64,000 bases of DNA from Lama glama (lineage: Eukaryota). The DNA is taken from NCBI GenBank assembly GCA_028534125.1, contig CM052818.1, positions 31,622,001 through 31,686,000 on the forward strand, given 5' to 3'. Position 1 is the stretch's first letter. The number at the start of each line of letters is the position of its first letter. The position numbers and the translations under genes are program-made. Below are positions 38,205 through 49,815 of the stretch, piece by piece. The notes beneath the pieces are model-generated. The model was not told the origin of the DNA, ran no database searches, and saw nothing but the letters and a program-made list of their open reading frames with translations.

Positions 38205-39482
38205 AAATTGCAGATGATTAAAAAAAAAAACTCAATATATACAGTGATGCCCAGTATCACCAAACCCTTAATGGTGCTTTGAAATGTGTATTTTATGTCT
38301 TAATATAAAAGTTCCAATTTGGAAAATACCAATATTTTAAAATAAAAAAGCCATACAACTGACATACTATTTAGGATGAGTATCCATGCTAATTTCTCCT
38401 CTTAGGTCTGCTTTACTTCTATAATAGCTTATCTTCGTATCATTTCAAAGTGCTACCTAACAGGAGTTTTTCAGTTTAATCTTGCTCTATTCCCAATTCA
38501 CACCTTCCCTAGATTAGAGAGCTTTGGTTTTACATAGCTCCTAGTGGGAAGCCAGTGTTAAAAAAAGACATGCAATTAGTGGATCTGCTTAAACTGTGAG
38601 GTATTTTTAACTTGTGAAAATGAACCCCATAAATATGTCTCTGAATATTTTATAATTGGTAGTTTCCAAATCCTGCTTGATCAAAAATTACCTTGGGCCC
38701 AGGCTCTGCATTTAAACATCCCAAATGACTTCTATGAATATGTCAATTTAGTTATGGTACTATCTTTCTCTTCCAGTCACTCACAACTGTAACTTAAGTC
38801 ATTACGTAATTACTAACAAGTTTTTAACCCAGAATATTCATTTTAGGACAGTCTCTTTAAGTAAAAGCACTTATGTTGTTTAAGATCAAAACTACTTATG
38901 GTCACTGTCACCTAAAACTTACAAGGAAGGATTCTAAAATTTCAAAGGGAATAACTACATACCTCAATAACCTAGTCACTATACAATACATTCACCTGTA
39001 TTTGGTTAACCTTCCCATCCCAAAACAAAATCATTCCCATTAGTGGTTTCCCATCTCAAGCGAACAGCGTGTATTTGCTTTTCTGTAACTAATCCAATCT
39101 GACTCAATCCTCCATATTGCTATTGTTTTTGTTTTTTTGCAAATATAAGTTTTCAGGAGGAAGGCATAGAGGAACTCACTGCTATGGTACTTGCCACAGC
39201 CACCTAAAAGTTAACCTAATGATATGACATTTTATTTGTTCATATATACTAAACTATAGTTGTCAGTGTCTGAAGCAAAAATCATCTCAGAAAAGTTAAT
39301 ATTGGTAAACTCAATCTCCAGGCATAAGTTAGGTAGAGGTAACTAAATCAGAATGCCACCTTAACACTGCCAATTGAAAAAGAGCTATAGCTTCTCAAAG
39401 GTAGTATGTACATGCTCCTAGGCAAAAGCAAAGATGATTACTAGACAAGGATCAATGGAAAATAAGTAGCAGTTTTGCACCA

Positions 39483-41163
39483 ATGCAAGACAAAATATAC
39501 TTTATTGTGACAGCAAATGCACATAGTGCTGTAAGTAAGGCATGCTACTAGGAATCTGCATATAATCAAAGGCTGGTATGGAAATGAATGGGAATGAATG
39601 TTGTTTCTTAATGCTTGTAGATTAAGTCTATGGTGAAGGAAAGAGAAGAATTTGTGTCCACGTATCTCAAATACAATATTATACACCTACCAAATGACCT
39701 ATGCCTCTAACCAAGAGCCCAAAAGCAATTAAGAGAAAATTAATCCTAACTGTACTCGGAAGTCACTTCTAATATCAATGACAGAAAGATTTTGCTAATT
39801 TGAGGCAAATTTCATCTCTAGACAAAGACCTAGAAATTGGGCAAACATCTATTCATTCATGTAAGTATTTAGCCAACTTTAATGCCATTTATTTCACCAG
39901 AAACAAATACTAGATTATCTAGAAATAGTTTGGATAAAGAGACATTTACATTTTAATACTTCATACTGTTGTAAATTTTGGGCTAAAGTAACCCCCTGAG
40001 TCAAATCTGCTCCCTTTCCACTTGAAGGGACCAAGTTAAGTTTTGATTTCAACAGCTGAACTTCTGAGGGATGCTCTAAGAAAATAATGCCAAGAGATTT
40101 CTAGTCCTTTAAATGGTAACGATCAGGCCCTATAGGCTTGTCAAAATCAATGCAAAACTGAGGAGGGCAAGCTGCAACACTTTGCAAAGCATAATTTTCA
40201 GATAAGCTGCTTCATTTCCCTCCTTTTAAAACAGATGCAGATGAGACGCTTCTGCATGAATGCACACTGACATTCTGTTCAAACTGTTTTCTAAATGCAA
40301 TACTGTGGGTTTAAACAGTATGCTTTAATTTAAACAAAGCATTATCTTATACACAGTCAATTTAGCTTAAGAGATGAAAAGAAACACTATGAAAATTACA
40401 TATCAAATACTCTGCTCTTTTAAAAGGTGATTTTAAAAGCAACACAGGACCAAAAACATCCAACTATTACTTTATTTATATTACTATGCTTAAGTTACAT
40501 GGAAAAGACAACCAAGCAGTTCTGTCCCATATCAGGAAAAGCTTCCAATCAACACCAATTATGTGGTGACAAATAACTAGGAATGGTGACATCTTTGGGT
40601 CAAGACTGACAAGGAAGAATGGGCTCTGGTGCTACGGTTCATCTCCAACAAGAATATGGCACAATGGCCAGCACAAGCCATACTAACACTGAACCTTTAG
40701 CGCTGGTCACAAATTCGGATCTCTTCTCTGAAACTAGCAAATCAAGTGAAATAACTGGGTTTTAAAAAAAGTTTAAAACGAAGCCCAAATAAATTTAAAA
40801 ACCATGCTCTTGACACATTTTCCTTTCAAAATTTACATAAGACACTTTCACTGTAATAGCCCAGATTTTTTCCCTCACATAGCCTACCACGTAGCTGCAG
40901 GTAGACTATTCTCTCTCAAGATGTAAACATAGGGGGAAAAAATTAATGGCATCTGCATAATATTCTTTCTACACACTGCTGTTGGATGGAAAATAGAAAA
41001 TTAAAAAAAAATAGAAGGAAAGAAAAGTTCCATCATAGATTCTCACAACCTCTTGTTCTGCAGTTCATGAATCCGACTCTGATGCTAAGGTGACAGTGTA
41101 TGTAAGTAGATTTTTGTTTTCAGTGAAGGAGACCTGGGAAAAGATGAATTTATCTCTTTTTCT
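39483..41163 (-). other. YPEL5: YPEL5 3' UTR (~1.7 kb), end approximate
   Basis: AU-rich sequence with no recognisable repeats, running from the stop codon to a canonical AATAAA. Confidence 0.8.
39501..39506 (-). terminator. YPEL5: Main polyadenylation signal AATAAA of YPEL5
   Basis: Plus-strand tttatt. The minus strand reads CACAATAAAGTATATTTTGTCTTGCA, with a CA about 17 nt downstream and U-rich sequence beyond. Confidence 0.75.
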
Positions 41164-41388
41164 TCAAGAGTTATCAGATGGTACATGCTCCTCAAAACCC
41201 TCACTTTCTCGAACTAGAGCACGTTCCAGGATCACACGGCCTTCCTTATAACGCTGGCTGTCTTCAGTGGCAAACTCATAGATCCATCCCAGTTTGCTAT
41301 TGCAGTTTTTGCAGCTCACATCTCGAACCATGTGGCGGCCAGTGAGCATAACCCGGTCTTGAACTTCACTGTACTGCAGGTTAACTAC
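41164..41388 (-). CDS. YPEL5: YPEL5 last coding exon, codons 48-121 plus TGA
   Basis: Acceptor gtcttag|GTAGTTAAC gives [38 protein letters not shown]...VPSDNS*. This contains the second CxxC and the yippee GW-x-YE motif. 141+225 nt gives 121 aa plus stop, matching the known YPEL5 length. Confidence 0.98.
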
Positions 41389-41939
41389 CTAAGACATGTA
41401 AAACAAAATTGCAAAGGCATGTAAGTTATCTGCTAAAAATGGTACACAGTATTTTGGCTGGTGACATAATAGCAACTTCAGAAAGGCAAATAGCAGTTGT
41501 TATTTTAGTCAAACCTACAATATACTTCCCAAGGGCTATTTTTACAAACTGCTGGGACAGGTAAATATCTGGACTGGACTGGACTGGACATCTAATGCAA
41601 TCATTCATTATCATACTAGTCTAAGTCACACTATTTATAGATACTAGTTACATTTCTGTGCTGTAGTGAAGCGTCCTTAACTTGGAGTCACAAAATCTAA
41701 GTCTGGGTCCAACTGTTATCATTCAGCATTCAATGATGAGTACAAATAAGGCTACCAGTGTAAAAGAACCTAGTACACAACAGGTATTCCATAAAAAGAA
41801 GTTTGCCAAATTTGTTTCTGAAAATACATTTCACCTACAAACAGACAAAAATAGATTGCAATACATAGTTTTCAAGTGGGTTCAAAGAATCTGTGAAACA
41901 TTTCCGACAATTCTGAACAGCAACAATCCTCCACACTTT

Positions 41940-42138
41940 ACTTTTCTGTAAAGAGCCAGGTAGTAAACATTTTTGGCTTTGAGGGCTATATGGTCTTTAT
42001 TATAGCTATTTAGCTCTGCTGATGTAGCACGAAAGCCACCACAGACAATACATAAATGAAGACACATGGCTGTGCTTCATTAAACTTTATTTCCAAAAAC
42101 AGGCAGCCGGCCTGCCATGGTGCGCCAACCCCTGCTCT
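41940..42138. mobile_element. MER58A in the last YPEL5 intron
   Basis: ttttctgtaaagagccaggtagtaaacattttt...aaactttatt...gccaacccctg. Confidence 0.8.
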
Positions 42139-42857
42139 ATAACTAAAGACAGACCAAGAGCTATACAATATCAATTCTAAGAGAAAATACTCACTTCTAA
42201 CAAGAACAGAGGGGTGTCCACCGGGAGGTTTGGTTGAACTTCTAAGAATAGTACCTTGAATTAGTTTTGTTCCTTAGCCTAAGATATTTGGAAATTCAAC
42301 TTTGCTGGTACACATTAGACTCCAGGAGGTAGAATTACATCAACTAATTTCAAAGCAAGACAGAAATTACAGAATGCATTTATCCGTAAGTGAGGAAATG
42401 TTCTTCCTGTTGGCAAACCTATTAGCCAAATCATAATCAGAAGGATGACTGGTAAGCATAAATTAGAACAAGGGAAATTGGTTAGATGATCTTTATTCAC
42501 TTGCATTGTCAAGCTATGATAGCTTAATGCAGCTATCTCCCTATAAGGATAAATTGGCAATATGGGGGGGTGTGTCTCAGCCCCTTCAATAGTCTGTGAA
42601 GTCACTACCAAATTCTGAATGTTTTCTGGAACAATGGAGACCACCCTTCTTATTATAACACAACATTTAAACTCTCAAGGTTAAAAATCACATTCTAGTA
42701 ATCCTAAGGTCCCATCAAAGACAAGCTGGTGGGCAATCATTTCTATAAATGGCATCTCTCATTCTGACTTTTCCTGACATTTCCATGCTCTGAGAATACT
42801 ATTATCAAATATACCCACTGACCCACTTAGGAAATCAAACTGGTTTTTCCTACCAAC

Positions 42858-42998
42858 CTTGTTAAAAAGAAATGCTCTGCCAGTGGCGCCTGTGAACCGA
42901 GTGGAGATGAGCTCTGAGCGGTTGGTCAGGATCGTATCACAGTTTGCGCAGGAAAACAGGCGGGTACCACCGATATGATCGAGGAAAATCCTACCCAT
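42858..42998 (-). CDS. YPEL5: YPEL5 (yippee-like 5) first coding exon, codons 1-47
   Basis: Translates [47 protein letters not shown], the YPEL5 N-terminus with the first CxxC. The ATG sits in AAAAAATGG context. Acceptor ctcctag|GTTTTTAG starts the exon at 43023, and the phase-0 donor is AAG|GTTGGT at 42858/42857. Confidence 0.98.
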
Positions 42999-45900
42999 TT
43001 TTTATAGCTGAAGTTCTAAAAACCTAGGAGCAAATGGAAAAGGACAAGAAATGCATTATGATTAAAAAAAATTTGTTAGTGTCTACTTGGTAGTGTCACA
43101 GAGAACCATTTATATGTGATCTCTTTATACTTAACATAAAACATACCTGACTGAATAAAAGGATTCAAAGTTCACACACTGAACAAACAAGCATACCCAA
43201 GCTAAGAACATTTTAGAAGCAGTGAGTCAAGGAAGTAAATATGCTTAGGCAAGGCCAAGGAATGGTATCACTTCTCTTTTGATTGGTATGAAAAAAACAG
43301 GTAGACAGAGGAATATCAAGCTGAATGATAAGTAGCACAGGCAGAGAGGTGAGAAAAAGTTAGCACAAGGGTTAGTTAGGTATACATTCTGAGTATGTGT
43401 ACTCTGAGAAAAGACTTGTGGGGCAAGAGTGGGACGATCAGGTAAGAGTAGAAAAAGGGGCAATCAGAAAACAAGAGGGTAGCCTAGTCTGAGAGCACAG
43501 AGTGCCTGGTTCTCTGGTCATCAGGTGCATTGACAACCATGTAGGGGTGATGGCACTAACAGTGAGTTTGACTCTGTGGAGTACTGTGCTTTACTTTCTC
43601 CAAAACCATCACAACAACTTTGTGATGTTATCGCCCTCATTTCACAGATTATCCAAGATTACTAACTTGTCAAAGTTTACACAGCTTTCAAGTACAGAAA
43701 ATTGTGACTGGAATACAGCTCACCCAAGTCAAAGCCAAAATTTTCCCATTACTCTACACTGCCTCCTCTAAGAGGGCACACAAGATGGTCTAGGCTTGGC
43801 ATAAAGAGAGGAAAACAAGAACAGAGAAGGGAAAGATGAGCTGTTATTATGTAACTTACTACATTTAAGAAATCCTACTGATTCAACAAATCACAGAAGT
43901 TCCTGAAACATTAAAAAAAAAAGCTCTGAATCCAACTTCTGAAACAAGGATAATACTTCAATACTTAAAAAGTTAGGAAGAGTCAATATATGCAACTTCT
44001 TAAATTCATTGCAATTAATCCCCTAAGACAGTATTTTTTTTAAAAAACAATTCTAGATACAGTCAAGAATACACTATAGCTTTCATTTAAAAAAGCATTT
44101 ACTCCTTGGTGTAATGATCAGCTCCTATGCTTTATTTAATACTGTGTTTTTAAAATGGCATGCAGAGCTGATAGCTACCCACTATAGGAAAAAATAATCT
44201 AGAACCCATGTGTAATGAGAATCCACTGTCATCTTAAACTTTGGGAAATTCCATTACAAATTAAAAAGAACATTCCATTCCTTCTGACATCTGTCAATTT
44301 CCTCAGGCATTAGGCAGTTCTAATGTCATCAGAAATGTCATTATCACAAAGATAATTATGACTTTCATTAAACATTATGATATGGAAGTTTAATAAAGAC
44401 TGAAAAACAAATAGTGAACATAATTACAATCTGTAGCTAGTAAAAGGAAAACCAGTGCACCAACAAGAGTGTCAATGAATAAACCCTGGGTAAAAACACA
44501 AGACTTAAGAAATTAGCTTTCTGATTACATTTCTGCAAAATGACAATAAAAGGTAAGACTTACTGCTATTGTTTCAGCCTTTAGGATGGTAACATTACTT
44601 TTCCCAGATGCTTAAGAACATAAGATTTGTTACACAAAGGTCATAAGTTGCAAATCTGAGGCCTGCAGGCTGGATTCACTTGGTGGCATAGGGTTGCAGT
44701 AGTAAACAAAACAACCCTTCCCTCCCAAAACATAGGTGGACATGTTTAATCTGGCCCACAGTTTTTTATTTTTAATTAAAACACAGTTGAGAATCATTTA
44801 AAATATGAGAGATTAAGAACCTGTATTGGGGCTTCTTTAAAACAACGGGGAGACCTGGCAACACGGGACATGTACTGTCACATGGCAATAACTGGCTAGA
44901 GTTGAGTGGTAGCTGCAACTCCCCCTGCAAGGTTGCTTCACTTACTTGGTCTCCATTCTATGCCACATAACTATTTCACCTGTAAGACATCTGAGTTTGG
45001 CTCTACATAAATAAAGCATTCAGCGACCCTGTGAGTAGTTCATTTTGGTCCTATTTCTTATTATCAGTCATTTACAGAAAGGAATCAACAGCAAGGCTGT
45101 TACAGTTTCACTTCTTAAGGCATCGTCCTCAGAGTCTACGTTTCTCTGAAAACTAGCATCTGTGTGGTCATTTAGCCTCCAACTTGCACTTCTGGGAACT
45201 GTTACTTCAAAGTCAATTTTCCTCCAAACTTTTAAATACAATATTCACCTTGTAATTTATTTCAACCATAATGCAGGAATAACTAGATATTTTTGAATTG
45301 ACTGTTGCAGATACAATGCTATGGGGAAAAACGCACTGAACTTCATAATGAACTCTCCCTATACGTTCTGCCTACATCATTCTATCTTTGGTTCAGAATT
45401 ACAACATGGCTGTGACCATTTGCTACTGGATACAGGCAAACCCTTATTTGTAAATAGATTTAAATAGATTTGAGATGCTTTCTCTTCCCTGCTTAAGTCA
45501 GACTATTTTTAATTTTTTACTGGGTTCAATGACATGATTCATTACCAAGACCAAAAATACAGTACTGAATTACTATTCCTAGTTGTGGTTGCCATTTATA
45601 GAGTAATATATAATATATATAAATATTTAAATAACTGTAGTCCTTATCTGCCAGCAGATTAGCTAGAATGCCATGGAATCTAGCAGAAGCAAGCAAAACA
45701 CCACTTGCTGTCTAAGGTCTTTTGAAACATAGAAATACTTCCACAGGTCATTAGGTTCTAGGTGTTTGTTAGGCCTTAGCTTTGCTGAACTGGGAACACA
45801 ACCTAGTACAACTTCCACCGTGCAAACTCAGGAGCCTGACATCAATCAGCATGCCACTCCATTGTTTAAGGAGGAAAGTCATTACTTTTGGTGGGGGGGG

Positions 45901-47569
45901 GGTGTTTAAAAAGCTAAGACAAAACACTTGAATCAGGCTTCGCTGGACCTAGATAATATACTGAACTCTGCCTTAGACTTTAATAATTATTTAGTGTCTA
46001 CACCAAATGGGACATCGCATTTGGTACTTTACATATCACATTTAATCTTGACAATTTCTAAAGTATTATCCCACTTTTGTAGAGGAAGAAATAAAGACCT
46101 CACATTTCAGAAACTGGTTAAACTGGGATCTGAACTAAACCCTGCTCCAGTTCTTGTTCCACTTACTCTCAAGAGACGAGGGGAGACTGTCAGACTCAGT
46201 CTTTCTCCCTCAGATTTAGCACGCACCCCTCCTGCCTCCATGCTGAGCCTCCTATATTCCCTAATTTGGGGTGGCAATTCCAATCACTCTCTCCTAAACC
46301 CTAGCAACTTCTTTAAGAAATTGCAAAATTGACTATCCCTCCTAAATCACTTTTCTAGGTCTTTTCTCCCCCTCCCCTGTCAGTATCTTAGTTCTAATTC
46401 TCCTAACTTCTAGAGAAATCTCTTGTGGTCAGGGAGTGTGTATTAGTACATGCAACATACATTCACAGGTGTCACTATATTTGTGCTAACTTAGATAGTG
46501 CTACAAAAGTAAAGTCAAAGGCATGTACTTCAGGCACCCCTGTCTAAGAGCTTATACAGACCACTCCTCTACAAACTTAGAAGCTTTTTACTTGATAGGA
46601 GAGAATATAGCTGATTTTTTAAAAACAATTTTTAAAGGAGTAATTTACATACCATAAAATTTGGCCACTTTTAAGTGTGTACAGCTGAATGATTTTGAGT
46701 AAATTTACAAAATTGTGCTACCATCACCACAGACCAGCTTTAGAATATTTCCATCACCTCCCCCAAATTTTCACAAACCCTTCTGCAGTCCATCTCCAGC
46801 CAAAGGCAACCAATGATCTACTTTCTGATTATTTTTATGTCCAAATTATCCCCCAGATATGCTAACCAATTTTCTTGGACTTAGAAGAGTCCCCAGTATC
46901 TTCAGTCAAATATTTCTAAAATATCTTAAGAGTGAGTTGCTTTCACTGATGACTAAAGCTTTAAGATGCTTTCTTCCTTTTCAACACTTTAAGCAAAAAA
47001 TCATAGATTAATAATCCCAATTTTTATTGTAAGTACCATTCCCCAAATAATTTTATAAATAAGGCCTCCTTGGTACTAGTTTTTTTTTTTTATCTCTAGG
47101 TTATTAAACTCCTTAAAAGGTTGAGATAAGTAACAAACTTGACTGTTTAACTGGGAGCCTAATACTGGTTCATTTGAAATTACTGGAAACAGTGAAGGGT
47201 CAGGTTGAAAACTAAGTGAAATTCATAGATGATATGCTGATCATATTTTAGTAATATTTTTCAATTTCCTCCCTCTTCAATAAATAGTACATTTAACTAC
47301 CTTGAATTTTCAATTTCTATTGTAATAGGAGACTCTGGTGAAACAACCCATTTTTAGGACCTTTACCTTTTTTCAGATTTTTTTTTAAATTTATAGGATT
47401 TACAGAATCTGTAAGAGAAAAAAAGGTTTTTCTCTTTCAGAAATCCATGGAAGACAATCTTCAGAAATGTACTATTTTTAAAATTAAGATATTATGGACT
47501 ATATAATTTCTTAGTTTGAGTCCAGGGCAATAAAACAATTTTCTAAAAAAAGGCTTTTTTTTTTGAGAT

Positions 47570-49380
47570 TTAATTTTTTAGAGCAATTTTAGGTTCATAG
47601 CAAAATAAGGTAGAGATTTTCCACACATGCATACATAACCTCCCTCATTATCAACATCTGTCACCAGGGTGGTACATCTGTTACAACCGATTAACCTATA
47701 ATGACACATCATCACCACCCGAAGTCCATAGTTTATTAGGATTCATGCTTAGTGCTGTACATTCTATGGGTTTGGACAAACGTATAATGACATATAGTCA
47801 TCATTATGTTATCACAGTATTTTCACTGCTTTAAAAATTCTGTGCTCTACCTTTTCATCTGCACCCCCTACCAGTCCCTGATCTTTTTACTGATTCCATA
47901 GTTTTGCCTTTTCCAGAATGTCATATAGTTGGAATCATACCATATGTAGCCTTTTCATATTGGCTTCTTTCTCTTACTAATATGCATTTAAGGCTCCTCC
48001 ATACCTTTTCATGGCTTGATAGCTCATTTCTTTTTAGTGTTCAGTAATATTCAACTGTCTGGATGTACCCATTTATTTATCCATTCACCAACTGAAGGAA
48101 AGTGTAGTTGCTTCAAAGTTTCAGCAACTATGAATAAATCTGCAATAAACAGTCCCATGCAGGTTTGTGTGTGGACATCATGAGAGTTCCTATTGCTCTA
48201 TATCCTTACCAGCATTTGGTGTTGTGTGTTCTGGATTCTGGCCATTCTAGTAGGTATATAGCGGCATCTCATTGTTTTAATTTGTATTGGCCTGATGACA
48301 TATGATATGGAGCATCTTTTTATATGCTATTTGCCATCTGTTTATCTTCTTTGGTGAAGAGTCTGTTAAGGTCTTTGGCCCAGTTTTTAATTGGGTCGTT
48401 TTCTTATTGTTGAGTTTTTCACGAGTCCTTTGTATATTTTGGATAACAGTCCTTTATCAGATATGTCTTTTGCAAATCTTTTCTCCTAGTCTGTGCCTTG
48501 TCTTTTCATTCTCTTGACATTGCCTTTTGCAGCTCAGATGTTTTTAATTTTAATGAAGACTAGATTATCAGTTATTTTATGGGTCATGTCTTTGGTGTTG
48601 TATCTAAAAAAGTCACTGCCATATTCAAGGTCATCTGAGTTTTCTCCTATATTGTCTCCTAAGGGTTCTATAATTTTTGCATTTTACATTTAGGTCTGTG
48701 ATCTTTTGAGTTAATTTTTGAGAGTGGGAGTTTAAGGTCTGTGACTAGGTTCATTTTTCTGCATGTGGATGTCCAGTTGTTCCAGTACCATTTATTGAAA
48801 AGATTATCTCTGCTCTACTATATTGTCTTTGGTCCTCTGTCAAAGATCAGTTGGCCATATTTATGTGGGCCTATTTCTGGGCTTTCTATTCTGTTTCACT
48901 GATCTATTTGTCTGGTTTTTTTTTTGTTTTTTGTGTTTTTTTGTTTTTGCCAACATCATACTGTCTTTATTACTGTAGCTATATACTAAGTCTTGAAGTT
49001 GGGTAGTGTCAGTCTTCTGATTTTATTCTCCTTCAAATAGTGTTGGCTATTCTGGCTGGGTCTTTTGCGTCTCTACAGAAACTTCAGAATCAGTTTGTTA
49101 ATATTCACAACGCAACTTGTTCAGATTTTGATTGGGAATGTACTGTATCTACAGAACAAGCTGAGAATAACTGACATCTTGACAACATTGAGTCTTCCCT
49201 CTCTCTGAACATGGAATCTCTATTTACTTAGTTCTTGATTTCATTCATCAGAGTTTTATATTTTTTCTCATATGGATCTTGTACACATTGTTAGGTTTAT
49301 ACTTAAGTATTTCATTTTTTTGGATGCTAATGTAAATGGTATTGTGTTAATCTCAGATTCCACTTGATTTTGCTGGTACT
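47570..49380 (-). mobile_element. L1MC-like 3' portion in YPEL5 intron 1
   Basis: tttttagagcaattttaggttcatagcaaaa...ccagaatgtcatatagttggaatc...gatgtccagttgttccagtaccattt. Confidence 0.85.
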
Positions 49381-49487
49381 GAAATACACACAAATACATA
49401 CTACAAACAGACATATACATACTAACAAATTAAATATGGTATCTTGTTCATTAGTCAGGCTTATTGCTGAACATTTTCTATAAAAGT

Positions 49488-49815
49488 AGGAGTCAGCAAA
49501 CTAAGTCCATGGGCAAAATTCAGCTTACCACTAGTTTCTGTATGGCCCACAAGCTATGAATGGTTCTTATACTTTTTAATGATTGGGAAAAAAAGGTTGA
49601 AAGAGTATTTTGCGACATGTGAAAATTATATGAGATTCAAATTTCAATGTCCCTAAATAAAATTTTATTGGGACACAGCCACATTTATTTGTTTATACTT
49701 GGCTGCTCTCATACTACAATGGGCAGAGTTTGAGAAACTGCCACTGAAACCTCATGGCCAGCAATGTTCACAATATTCACTATCTGGCCCTTGACATAAA
49801 GTGTGCTGACCCCTT
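49488..49815. mobile_element. MER58B-like element
   Basis: aggagtcagcaaacta...aaataaaattttattgggacacagccac...tgctgacccct. Confidence 0.8.

Noticed and set aside
42759..42857. 79-aa ORF extending the first YPEL5 coding exon
   Set aside because: Read-through past the AAG|GT donor into the intron. The spliced product gives the known 121-aa protein.
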